Shown here: positions 40,169-48,938 of the stretch, in pieces
Numbering within the stretch: the stretch's first letter is position 1
Layout: the number at the start of each line of letters is the position of its first letter
Origin: a virus
Lineage: Duplodnaviria; Caudoviricetes
Virus record (IMG/VR): IMGVR_UViG_3300032281_000616
Span: 32,001 to 96,000 of that record
Length of the DNA: 64,000 nt
Reading direction: 5' to 3' (one strand)
Notes under the pieces: model-generated
Databases searched by the model: none
What the model saw: only the letters and a program-made list of their open reading frames with translations
What the model was told of the DNA's origin: nothing
Program-made: the position numbers and the translations under genes

Positions 40169-40569
40169 TTCAAATAGAATCTGATTGTATCCATCTCATC
40201 ACGCTCCCATTTTATGGGTTTCCAAAGATCAGGATATAAAAAAGAATCTGAACATTTCAGACATCTGAATCTTTTATTTCCGTTAGATGCATCGGACCAG
40301 TAATATGCTGCATTATTACAACCCTTCCTTCCACATTTAGGTTGTAATTCGGCACAACCCCTATTTCCGATATTGTTTCCATCCATGTCAGATACATATA
40401 CACTATTAGGATATATAACATCCACTACCAATGCACCTTCGTATGGTATATCGCAATCTCCATAAACCATGACAACCTCCATACCTTTAAAAAAATTATC
40501 TGTAGGTATCATATTAACAATATGTATTATTAAATTTTGGTATGGTATATGATACCTTATATTTTCCAT
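40165..40569 (-). CDS. Hypothetical Cys-containing protein
   Basis: CGRKGC..CLKC; start uncertain. Confidence 0.45.
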   Translation of the reverse strand: MENIRYHIPYQNLIIHIVNMIPTDNFFKGMEVVMVYGDCDIPYEGALVVDVIYPNSVYVSDMDGNNIGNRGCAELQPKCGRKGCNNAAYYWSDASNGNKRFRCLKCSDSFLYPDLWKPIKWERDEMDTIRFYLK

Positions 40570-40909
40570 CTACCATAGAAATTTCAACATCGTATAAAGT
40601 TGAAAATTTTCCATGTTCATACTTTAATGGAATACCTGCTCCGATAAAAATACCCAATTTCTGGTTAGATGTTAAATCTTCTACTGATTCACCCATAGAT
40701 TGTGCTACCACAGCATCTAGAACGAAATTATTCAATGTATCATGGATAAATTTTGTATGAGATGACTCTGGAACTAATTCCTTATCAAAGATTTCACAAG
40801 TTGGGTAAATGTAATGTTTATCTGGTTTGGAATAAACAGCATCAATACATCTAAGATTTGATCCTGTATACTTTTCAAATTCTTCTTTAGTTTTAAATTC
40901 CATAATCAA
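40514..40909 (-). CDS. Hypothetical protein
   Basis: 131 aa ORF. Confidence 0.55.
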   Translation of the reverse strand: MIMEFKTKEEFEKYTGSNLRCIDAVYSKPDKHYIYPTCEIFDKELVPESSHTKFIHDTLNNFVLDAVVAQSMGESVEDLTSNQKLGIFIGAGIPLKYEHGKFSTLYDVEISMVDGKYKVSYTIPKFNNTYC

Positions 40910-41412
40910 TCTATCTTTTCGTATTTTAAACTTTTAAAATCAACAACATCCCTAAATCTATTAACCGAATCGAGTTTCCATTTAATTAATGAACAATTCC
41001 AATCAGCACCTTGACCTGATTCTGGCAACCAATGTGGAAACGCCCAAATTAAATCTTTACCAAGATGGTGCGAATAATCTCGATGACATTGATCCATGGT
41101 CGGTTCCTTGGAATAGACTGCCACTGTTTGTCCTGTTTGCCAATTGGTTAAAATATAAATCCATTTTTCTTCTTTGGCTGTTCTTGAACCATGTTCATCC
41201 CATCCTCTCATAATAGAGTTCGAAAACCACCCTATCATAGTTTCTTCATCTGTAGCTATTTCTGGTTTATTTTTAACCATTGATACAAATTCTTCAGCCC
41301 AATCCCTAGCATCGAATGACTCGGGTATCGATTTTTTAATTCTTTCCTTTGTAGGCATAATCAATATTCTTCTGTTTGAATATAACTGTATCACACGATC
41401 ATTAATTGTCAA
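40906..41412 (-). CDS. Hypothetical protein (likely start at internal Met, MPTKE)
   Basis: FDARDWAEEF..MIGWFSNSI segment. Confidence 0.55.
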   Translation of the reverse strand: MTINDRVIQLYSNRRILIMPTKERIKKSIPESFDARDWAEEFVSMVKNKPEIATDEETMIGWFSNSIMRGWDEHGSRTAKEEKWIYILTNWQTGQTVAVYSKEPTMDQCHRDYSHHLGKDLIWAFPHWLPESGQGADWNCSLIKWKLDSVNRFRDVVDFKSLKYEKID

Positions 41413-41474
41413 TGAAATTTTTAAATCCTCTATCTGTAATTTATAAAAATTCTACTACTATGTTAAATACACAC

Positions 41475-42365
41475 ATGATTAAAACATTTTATGTTTATAT
41501 GTTGTATGATGAGAATAAAACGATTAGATATATAGGAAAGGCTAATGATTCTTATAATAGAATACAAAGACATTTTAAAAGATCCAGTAATCCTCGGGTT
41601 AGACAATTCATAAACGATAATTGGTCTTCTGATATAGTTTATCGAAACTCTGACGAAAAATCCGTATTAAATGAGGAGATAAAACTCATCAAAGAACATA
41701 AAATAACACTTTACAACGAGAGTCGTGGTGGTGAGGGAGGTCCAACTAAAGATGGTGATGGAAATATGATAACTTTAAAAAATTTAAAAACGGGAGAAAT
41801 AAAAACTTTTAAATCCAACTTATTAGCTGCTAGATATATTGGGTGTTCTAATAGTTATATTGGAAAAATATCTTCTGGTAAATATTTGCATTATAAATTA
41901 ACATGGGTTCTTGAGCCTACTACCCAATACATTCTAGATAATCGACCCATCAGCAGAAATCACCCAAAACCCGGTTTACGGCACCCAGTCACAATTTTCG
42001 ATAATAAAGAAGAAAAATATTTATCATTCAATTCATTATCCGAATGTGGGAAGTTTATAAAAATCGCCATTGCAGATGTTTGCTTATTAGTAAGTGGAAA
42101 AGCTAAAACGTTGAAATACGGCAGATATACAATGGCACCATCTAAGGGGACATTCACAAAGTCTGTTGAAGTATATGACACAAAAGAAAAGAAAGTATTG
42201 AAATTCGATTCTCGTGTTCAATTTGCTAAACATTTTAATTTTGATAAGACTCACGCAAACTCCTTAATGAATGGCAAAATGAAATCTATAATTAAAAATA
42301 GATTTATAACCATCGAAACCGCTATTCAGATGTCTCTAATCGATGAGCATCCAAAAGGTTTTTGA
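41475..42365 (+). mobile_element. Antisense GIY-YIG homing endonuclease with NUMOD1-like repeats (start reassigned from 41406)
   Basis: FYVYML..RYIGKA; repeated 'F.S..E/AA.F..' HTH units; TAAATA 41464-41469 lies 5 nt before ATG 41475. Confidence 0.8.
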
Positions 42366-42729
42366 TATCTTGTGCAATGTAAGCATACATCTTTACGCTG
42401 TATTCGAGGTATGTGATTAAAAATTCACAATCCTTGATCTGTTCATTGATCTCCTCTAATTGGGGAGAATTATCAATCGCTGCCATGGTTGACTTATCTA
42501 AGTTGACTGGGGATTTTTCTATAAGCTTTTCTGTAATTATCTTCTTAAGATTCTCTTTCTCCTTTTTAAGTTTCAATAAATCTCTCTTGTAATCAAAGAG
42601 CCTAGCAACTACCCACTGCTTTCTTCCAATGGCTTGTTTAGTTTTATCTCCAATGTTCGTCAAGTTAATCGAACACCATTCTGCTGTGTCTTTTTTGAGA
42701 CGCTCGTATTCTTTTTCGTAATCTTTCAT
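42322..42729 (-). CDS. uvsY: Recombination mediator UvsY-like
   Basis: 135 aa coiled coil, C-terminal DIKN; upstream of uvsW in the same orientation. Confidence 0.7.
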   Translation of the reverse strand: MKDYEKEYERLKKDTAEWCSINLTNIGDKTKQAIGRKQWVVARLFDYKRDLLKLKKEKENLKKIITEKLIEKSPVNLDKSTMAAIDNSPQLEEINEQIKDCEFLITYLEYSVKMYAYIAQDIKNLLDAHRLETSE

Positions 42730-43196
42730 AAATTCAATAATTCTGGGTTTTCATAAATATTTCCAATGACTTCACTAAGAGCACGGTAAGAATAATCCAT
42801 ATAAGAAATCATGTTGTCTCGTTTTAATCCAAATCCGGGGGATACTCTAAACCAAATAACCTCGTATATATCGTGTGGAGATTCTTTAGAAAGTTCTCCA
42901 GTATTAAAAATTGGGGTGGGTTGTTTCACACCATAAATCTTTAAAATATCACCTTCATAAATTTCTTTTTCGTTTTTATCCTTTAATCCGGTGTATTGTT
43001 GAATCACATAATTTTCAGAACAATCCACATCACCACAATGTTTAAAATCTCCTCTAACTTTACCATAAAGAGTCAAATACAATTTTTCGTCATAATCTTT
43101 ATTTTTCGATAAAGAATTGTAAAACATTTCTCGATATGTTTCATTCCACAATCTAAATTTAAATTCTCTAGAATTCATATCATTAAATAATAACAT
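42726..43196 (-). CDS. YopX-family protein (likely start 43178)
   Basis: REFKFRLW, QQYTGLKDKNEKEIYEGDI, EVIGNIYENPELL. Confidence 0.9.
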   Translation of the reverse strand: MLLFNDMNSREFKFRLWNETYREMFYNSLSKNKDYDEKLYLTLYGKVRGDFKHCGDVDCSENYVIQQYTGLKDKNEKEIYEGDILKIYGVKQPTPIFNTGELSKESPHDIYEVIWFRVSPGFGLKRDNMISYMDYSYRALSEVIGNIYENPELLNL

Positions 43197-43451
43197 ATGA
43201 GCCTAAGATTGTCAAGTTTAGAAGAGAAAAAGATTGCCGATCTTTATGATCAGATTCTTGAAGACATGAGTGCTGGTGAGGGTGGCATGTTTGGCACTCC
43301 ACAAGACTCTGTGGATGATCTTGGTGAACCTAATGGGGACAATTATGCAGCGGGCGATACACGCATTCCTAAATCGATTTTCGAAGGTGATATTTTATCC
43401 AGAAATGGTTTGGTGAAGAAAAAGAAGAAAAAATCGAAAAGAAAAGCTTGA
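43197..43451 (+). CDS. Small putative internal head protein
   Basis: TAAATA 43184-43189; leader ends QILE; acidic middle, basic tail. Confidence 0.55.
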   Translation: MSLRLSSLEEKKIADLYDQILEDMSAGEGGMFGTPQDSVDDLGEPNGDNYAAGDTRIPKSIFEGDILSRNGLVKKKKKKSKRKA

Positions 43452-43690
43452 CTTTTAGATTTTTGGGCACACTATAAGTACAATAATAGTCGCGGAGCGA
43501 CAAAACTGTAAATCTTTATTATTGTACATTGATTAAGATTAATACTAATAGATTATGATTTATTTTTATTAATAATTGTACCAGAGCCCGCCCACTACAC
43601 CCATAACTAATTTACGAAAAAGTAAAAGTCAATGGGGAAAATAGAAAAAGTTTAAAATAATTTCAATTTGACAGCTTATTAAGTAATTAC

Positions 43691-43798
43691 ATGTCAGATT
43701 GGATAGGATTACCTGAGAATATTAGTGATTATATGGGGATTATATACTTAATTAGAAATAATCATCCCGATAGTACAAAGAAATTATATATTAAATAA
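43691..43798 (+). pseudogene. 5' remnant of a small GIY-YIG nuclease gene, truncated at the YIG motif
   Basis: Translates MSDWIGLPENISDYMGIIYLIRNNHPDSTKKLYIK*; resembles the N-terminus of the intact inverted ORF 45196..45591; not in the ORF track. Confidence 0.7.
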
Positions 43799-45199
43799 TT
43801 CATCATTAACATCATTTATTATATTTTCATAAAAAGAAACATCAATAGATTCCGTATAACCATCACTTAATTCATCCTTAGTAAAAAATTTAAAATTGTT
43901 TTTATATTTTTTCTTTATAAATCTTTCTAATCTCAATATATCAACCCCAGAAGCCTTAACATTATAAACCGTATCAAACTTTGAATTTGATAATCTACAT
44001 TGCGCCAATTTTCTCTTATGTATATTATTTGTTATTCCAATTTTTAGACCTTCTTTTCCACTAAAATGAGTGATTTTGTGTATATAGAAAAATCCATCTT
44101 TGCTTTGATTGAATCCCTTTGTACAACAGAATGGACATCCAGATTTACTGTTTATAACACAATCAATTTTAGTGAACCATGTGTTTTCACAAACATCACA
44201 TCTAAACTTTGCTTTTTGTTTAACTCCGGGTGGATTATGATCCAATAATGTTATTTCTTTTCCTTTCAATCTTTCGCATATATCTCCATATGTCAACTTC
44301 GCCTTACCTATACATTTTCCACATTGATATGATGGATTTCTTAAAATTATAGAAGGGGTGATACATATATGATGTCCATTTGGACAGGTCATTTTAATTT
44401 TTTTTGTTGAGTTTTTTATAATTTCAGTGGAATCTACAGAAAACCCGCGAAGTTTTAAGAAATATTTATATTGCTCGTCTGTTGGCCTCCATCTGTTGCC
44501 CAAACTTTTATCTGTAAAATTGCATAGTATGCATCCATTAGAACTCAGCAATTTGGTTGGAGCAGTTTCCCAACTATATCCACAAGAACTACAGGAAACG
44601 TTCCATTTTTCACAATTTTTATTCACGATATTAATATGATTGGTCAAACAATGATCGGATACACATTGTTCACAAAAAATATTTTTCAAAAATTTATCAG
44701 ACTGGAATAGGTTTTTATGACCTTTCTGACAATTTGATGATATGAATGATTCATCAATTGAAAAATTATAAAAGTTTAGATTCTTAAGCTTTTTTATATT
44801 TTTATTGACTTGTTTAGAATTTATTTTCTCTTTATGTTTATTGGTTCTACATATTTTACACCCTATTGTGGATTCTATTTTAAAAATATCATATATTCTT
44901 TTAAATGTTTCAGTTTCACAATGTAAACATTTAAGTTTGTGTTTTTTTAAAGTTGGATTATAATTCCCAACCAATTGAAATCCATAACTATTCAATTTTT
45001 TATTCATCGTTTCTGTGTTCAAACAATCACCACTACAGAATTTACAACTTCTTTTTCTATTAACAACGGAATACGGGACATTTTTATAAATGTGTCCATT
45101 ATCACACATTAATAGGCATGATTTGTAAAACTTTTCATAATTTGAATGTATTCCCCACCCAAATGGTTTCAATTTGATGTTGGCTTCTTCTAAATTCAT
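43784..45199 (-). mobile_element. Zn-ribbon-repeat endonuclease with C-terminal GIY-YIG-like (T5orf172-type) domain
   Basis: Six Zn units alternating CxxGH..CxxC and CxxC..CxxC; GFFYIHK..LKIGIT..R. Confidence 0.8.
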
Positions 45200-45591
45200 A
45201 TATCTTTTCTATAAAATTTTCCGTTTATATTATTATTATAATAATTATCTTTCTCCAAAACCTCGTTTATGAATAAATATTTTAATTCATAATATGTCAA
45301 TTGTTTTTCAAAATTACATAAATGTAATATTTCCCTCTTTATAATATCCCCGGTTGATATATCAATCTTTAATTCTTCATTTGAACCACAATATTTTTTC
45401 CAATCGCTTTCTCTCTTGATTCTTTTTGTTTTACTCCCTATCTTTTTTTTGATAATGTGGTATAAAAATTTTTTCCCAACATATGTTTTATTTTTTGTAA
45501 TATTTGTTATTTTATAAACAAAACCAAAACAATTTATAGGAAAGTCTTCCAAGGTTTTAAGCTCAACGTCATTAAAGATCCAATCTGTCAT
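45196..45591 (-). CDS. Small GIY-YIG nuclease-like protein
   Basis: GFVYKITN..TYVGKK, DWKKYCGS, KREIL, YYNNNING; TAAATA (minus 45597-45602). Confidence 0.75.
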   Translation of the reverse strand: MTDWIFNDVELKTLEDFPINCFGFVYKITNITKNKTYVGKKFLYHIIKKKIGSKTKRIKRESDWKKYCGSNEELKIDISTGDIIKREILHLCNFEKQLTYYELKYLFINEVLEKDNYYNNNINGKFYRKDI

Positions 45592-45677
45592 AAATATATT
45601 TAATCAAACATGTTAATATTTTCAGATGATAACAAATAATCAATATATTTGAAAAATGTCAAATGAAAATTATAAAC

Positions 45678-45705
45678 TTGACATTGAGAGAAACCCTGAT
45701 ATTCT
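45678..45705 (+). promoter_or_regulatory. Sigma70-like early promoter
   Basis: TTGACA-N16-TATTCT with TG extension, 9 nt before ATG 45715. Confidence 0.45.
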
Positions 45706-45714
45706 GAATTTACA

Positions 45715-45960
45715 ATGAAAAATACAAATAGGGTATATAGGAAACGACTCCATAAACAAATTTATAGGAAAAGATTTGGTGGATCTCAACCATCTCAACA
45801 ATTTCGATGGAAATGGAAAATAGCACTATACAAAACATTATTTTATAAAACACCAAATGTTGGACTTTGCTCGGAAATTGTGGGAATACAGCCCATGGAT
45901 GATCCAATTGGTCAAGCCTTTTACCTAAATTTATATGAACCATTACGAGATCAAAACTGA
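45715..45960 (+). CDS. Small basic protein carrying a T4 gp23 major-capsid-like motif
   Basis: LCSEIVGIQPMDDPIGQAFYL resembles gp23 (A)xDIxGVQPMxGPTGxIF. Confidence 0.5.
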   Translation: MKNTNRVYRKRLHKQIYRKRFGGSQPSQQFRWKWKIALYKTLFYKTPNVGLCSEIVGIQPMDDPIGQAFYLNLYEPLRDQN

Positions 45961-46474
45961 GGAAAATTATACAAAAATCATTTTTCATGACGAACGTATA
46001 ATTTTTACTGATATCGATACAGTTTTTAGAGAGACTAATATATTTTTCGCTAAAATATTAAGAGCAATGTTTATTGATGTTACATTCGATTTTTCTAAAA
46101 GCTATAATAAAACAATATACTCACATGCTTTCCTAAAAATAGTTTGCGAACATATTATAAGTCAAGAATCTAATTACAGATTATGTTTTTATAGCAATTC
46201 TCTAACTAAGGATAAATTCAGAAATTCCCTATTAAGAAAATTAAAATCAATCTTTGGATTCAAAATCTTAGAAGATGTTATGGATTTTTCTGAAGTTATT
46301 GAAAAAGTCGAAACAAACGATGCTGGATTGACTCCGAGATTAGAAATATTCTTTCAAAAAGACACCAAACCGAAGAGTTTTAAACATATTAAAAAATATC
46401 TAGAAAAAACTGGATTGAAAGATATGGGAACGCATTTTTATGATGTCGCCAATAAAATGAGCCTGATGTCATAA
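45935..46474 (+). CDS. Hypothetical protein
   Basis: 179 aa ORF. Confidence 0.6.
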   Translation: MNHYEIKTEENYTKIIFHDERIIFTDIDTVFRETNIFFAKILRAMFIDVTFDFSKSYNKTIYSHAFLKIVCEHIISQESNYRLCFYSNSLTKDKFRNSLLRKLKSIFGFKILEDVMDFSEVIEKVETNDAGLTPRLEIFFQKDTKPKSFKHIKKYLEKTGLKDMGTHFYDVANKMSLMS

Positions 46475-46482
46475 ATATATGT

Positions 46483-46932
46483 ATGAGTCGTTTTCTTTCA
46501 ATCCTAGAAGAATATAATCCAGAAAATACAGAAGATCCTAAATGGGATCTCATTGATTTTTTAAAATCTAAAGATGTTAACGTAAGATTAGATAGGTTGT
46601 CTGGTATGATTTTTGTAGATACTGGGAGTAAGGAAATACCCCTACAAGTATCAGGCATGGATAATGAAGAAGAAGCTGAAAGTATCGAGGCTGGAGTAGG
46701 AACATACAAGGTTGATCAAGAAGTTGAAAAGTTGGGTAATACTGCTGCATCTGGATTGAAAGGTGTAGCTGGTAGAATGCTTGGAACATCTGCTCAGAGA
46801 GCTAAACAAGCGATGAAAAAACGTCAACAATTAGCTGGTCAAGCTGTTAAAACTTACGAAGATTCTACTAGAGAACTAGAGCGATCATTACAACAAGCTA
46901 GAAGAGCTGGACCAATCCAAGTTAACTATTAA
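46483..46932 (+). CDS. Putative internal head protein
   Basis: TAAATA 46472-46477; leader MSRFLSILEE. Confidence 0.55.
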   Translation: MSRFLSILEEYNPENTEDPKWDLIDFLKSKDVNVRLDRLSGMIFVDTGSKEIPLQVSGMDNEEEAESIEAGVGTYKVDQEVEKLGNTAASGLKGVAGRMLGTSAQRAKQAMKKRQQLAGQAVKTYEDSTRELERSLQQARRAGPIQVNY

Positions 46933-46935
46933 TTT

Positions 46936-47295
46936 ATGAAATCAAAAACTTTAAGGTTGATTGATACCTGTCTAAAAATCATCAAAGAAGAGGGTGAAAT
47001 GCCTGATATGAGTCAAGAACAGCCATCTGGAGATGCTCAAGCTGCACCACAACCTCAAGAGGAGATAATGCCTCTGTCATCTGCTGGGGAAGATAAGTAT
47101 ATTGCTGATATGATTGATGCTGCTTTATTCGAGCCTTCTCCAGAGCAAGCTAATACTTTACTCAATCTCCAGAGTCAAATGCAAATGAAAAAATATAAGA
47201 ATTCTAGAGAAGAAATTTTACCAAGTGTTCTAGGAATTATATCATCTTCAACATCTGGTGGAGATCTCAGAAAACAACTTAACAAAATCAACTAA
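46936..47295 (+). CDS. Putative internal head protein
   Basis: Leader ends IIKEE; Gln/Pro acidic linker. Confidence 0.5.
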   Translation: MKSKTLRLIDTCLKIIKEEGEMPDMSQEQPSGDAQAAPQPQEEIMPLSSAGEDKYIADMIDAALFEPSPEQANTLLNLQSQMQMKKYKNSREEILPSVLGIISSSTSGGDLRKQLNKIN

Positions 47296-47303
47296 ATAAT
47301 ATA

Positions 47304-47747
47304 ATGGGTAAGAAATTTAAGAGAGAAGAAAATGATGTAATCTGGGAAAGCTATACAACTCCGAATGATCAGAAATATGCTGATTATTATAATGACTACA
47401 ATACATTCGAAGATGAAGATGCAGAAGCTATCATTACAATGGAAAAACCTTTAATGGTTGAACCAGAGATGGGAGATGATGATATTTTCGAGGATGATGA
47501 TATTTTCGAGGATGATGATATTTTTGAAGACGAGGATGATGATCTAGATAATGAGATCATTGTTAAAGCTCTACGTAAATTGATCAAACGCGCTGATATT
47601 CTTCTAAATCATTGTGAAAGTGATAAACTAGATACTTGGATGGTTGCTAAAATCATCAAGGCTGAAGATTATATTTCAGATGTCTGGAATGAATTGGATG
47701 ACGTTGCGGATTTTGCTAATGATGGATTTGAAGATGTGAAAATTTAA
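47304..47747 (+). CDS. Highly acidic putative head protein
   Basis: TAAATA 47293-47298; leader ends IWE; DDDIFE x3. Confidence 0.55.
   Translation: MGKKFKREENDVIWESYTTPNDQKYADYYNDYNTFEDEDAEAIITMEKPLMVEPEMGDDDIFEDDDIFEDDDIFEDEDDDLDNEIIVKALRKLIKRADILLNHCESDKLDTWMVAKIIKAEDYISDVWNELDDVADFANDGFEDVKI
47475..47528 (+). repeat. 18-bp tandem repeat x3 (GATGATGATATTTTCGAG)
   Basis: Two identical copies (47475-47492, 47493-47510) and one variant (47511-47528); encodes DDDIFE. Confidence 0.9.
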
Positions 47748-48187
47748 TGATCAGTTTTAAGCAATTTTTTATGGAAAAACTCATAGTAGGACTCGAAGAG
47801 ATTCTTACTTTGGATGGCATTGGACCCATAAAATCTAAGCTTGATTCTGGAAATGGTGCATTCAATGTTCTTCATGGTGAGGATATTGAAAGTGATGGAA
47901 AACTAGTCAGATTCACTACTGAAGGTGGTATAAGCGTTGAGAAAGAATTAAAGGACACAATTACGATTAATCTAGGTGCAGGTAATAAAGAAGAACGTCC
48001 TGTGGTTTTATTTGATGTGAAATTTGGAAACAAGGTCTTTAAAGATGTTCCATTTTCTATTGGTAATAGGTCTGAGAATGCTCATAAAATATTAGTAGGG
48101 AAGAATTTCATAAGTCAAAACCTAAATGCACTAATCGATGTTTCGCTAGTGGATGTAGCCGGAAAAAATTTACAAGTAGATATATGA
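47747..48187 (+). CDS. Retropepsin-like aspartic protease (putative ATP-dependent Zn protease/RimK-associated family)
   Basis: IKSKLDSGNG catalytic D-S-G; ERPVV; ILVGKNFI; capsid-targeting-like leader MISFKQFFME. Confidence 0.75.
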   Translation: MISFKQFFMEKLIVGLEEILTLDGIGPIKSKLDSGNGAFNVLHGEDIESDGKLVRFTTEGGISVEKELKDTITINLGAGNKEERPVVLFDVKFGNKVFKDVPFSIGNRSENAHKILVGKNFISQNLNALIDVSLVDVAGKNLQVDI

Positions 48188-48888
48188 AAAATAATATTAA
48201 ATATCCCAAAGAAGCTGGTGTATATAAATTGACGTGTATCAATAACGGAAAAATTTATATAGGTAAATCTGTCAATTTATATTACAGATTGAGTTGTCAT
48301 AAAAGTTGTGAAAAAAAATCTAATGGTCGTTATTATTTTGAAAATGCTATAATAAAACATGGGTGGGATTCGTTTAATATTGAAATATTAGAAATCATTC
48401 AAGATTTCAATAAATTGAAAGATAATGATATCCTTTTAGAAAAGGAGAAGTATTACATAGAATTATTTGATTCTACAAATCCTAAAAATGGTTATAATAT
48501 ATGTAAATCTTCTAATGATAGAACAGGGGTTAAAAGTTCCGAGGAAACTAAAAGAAATATAAGTTTAGGACAAATGGGTAGAAAACATTCAGAAGAAACC
48601 AAGGAAAAAATTAGACAGTCGAAATTGGGTAAACGTGGAAAACCTCACACTGAGGAACATAAAGAAAAAATGAGACAACTCAATCTAGGTAAAAAAATGT
48701 CCATCGAATCTAAAGAAAAACTTAGACAAATTAGATTAGGGTCAAAACATTCTGAAGAAGCTAAGGCTAAGATGAGTATGTTTAGGAGGGGAAATAGATA
48801 CGCTCTAGGATTTAAACATTCCGATGAAACTAAAGAAAAACTGAGAGCGGCTAAACACAAAAAAGATTATCTAATATTACACTCTTAG
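48184..48888 (+). mobile_element. GIY-YIG/NUMOD3 homing endonuclease inserted at the 3' end of the protease gene
   Basis: GVYKLTC..IYIGKS; KHSEETK repeats; close paralogue of 13965..14768. Confidence 0.9.
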
Positions 48889-48938
48889 ACGTATCACTGG
48901 TTGATGTAGCTGGAAAAAATATGGAGGTTGATTTATGA
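48882..48938 (+). pseudogene. Displaced duplicate 3' end of the protease gene
   Basis: Encodes LLDVSLVDVAGKNMEVDL*, versus LIDVSLVDVAGKNLQVDI* at 48131-48187. Confidence 0.85.

Noticed and set aside
41406-41450. Possible displaced uvsY 3' end (minus frame ITDRGFKNFIDN*) beside the antisense endonuclease
   Set aside because: Similarity to DIKNLLD is too short and AT-rich to distinguish from chance, unlike the clear protease duplicate.
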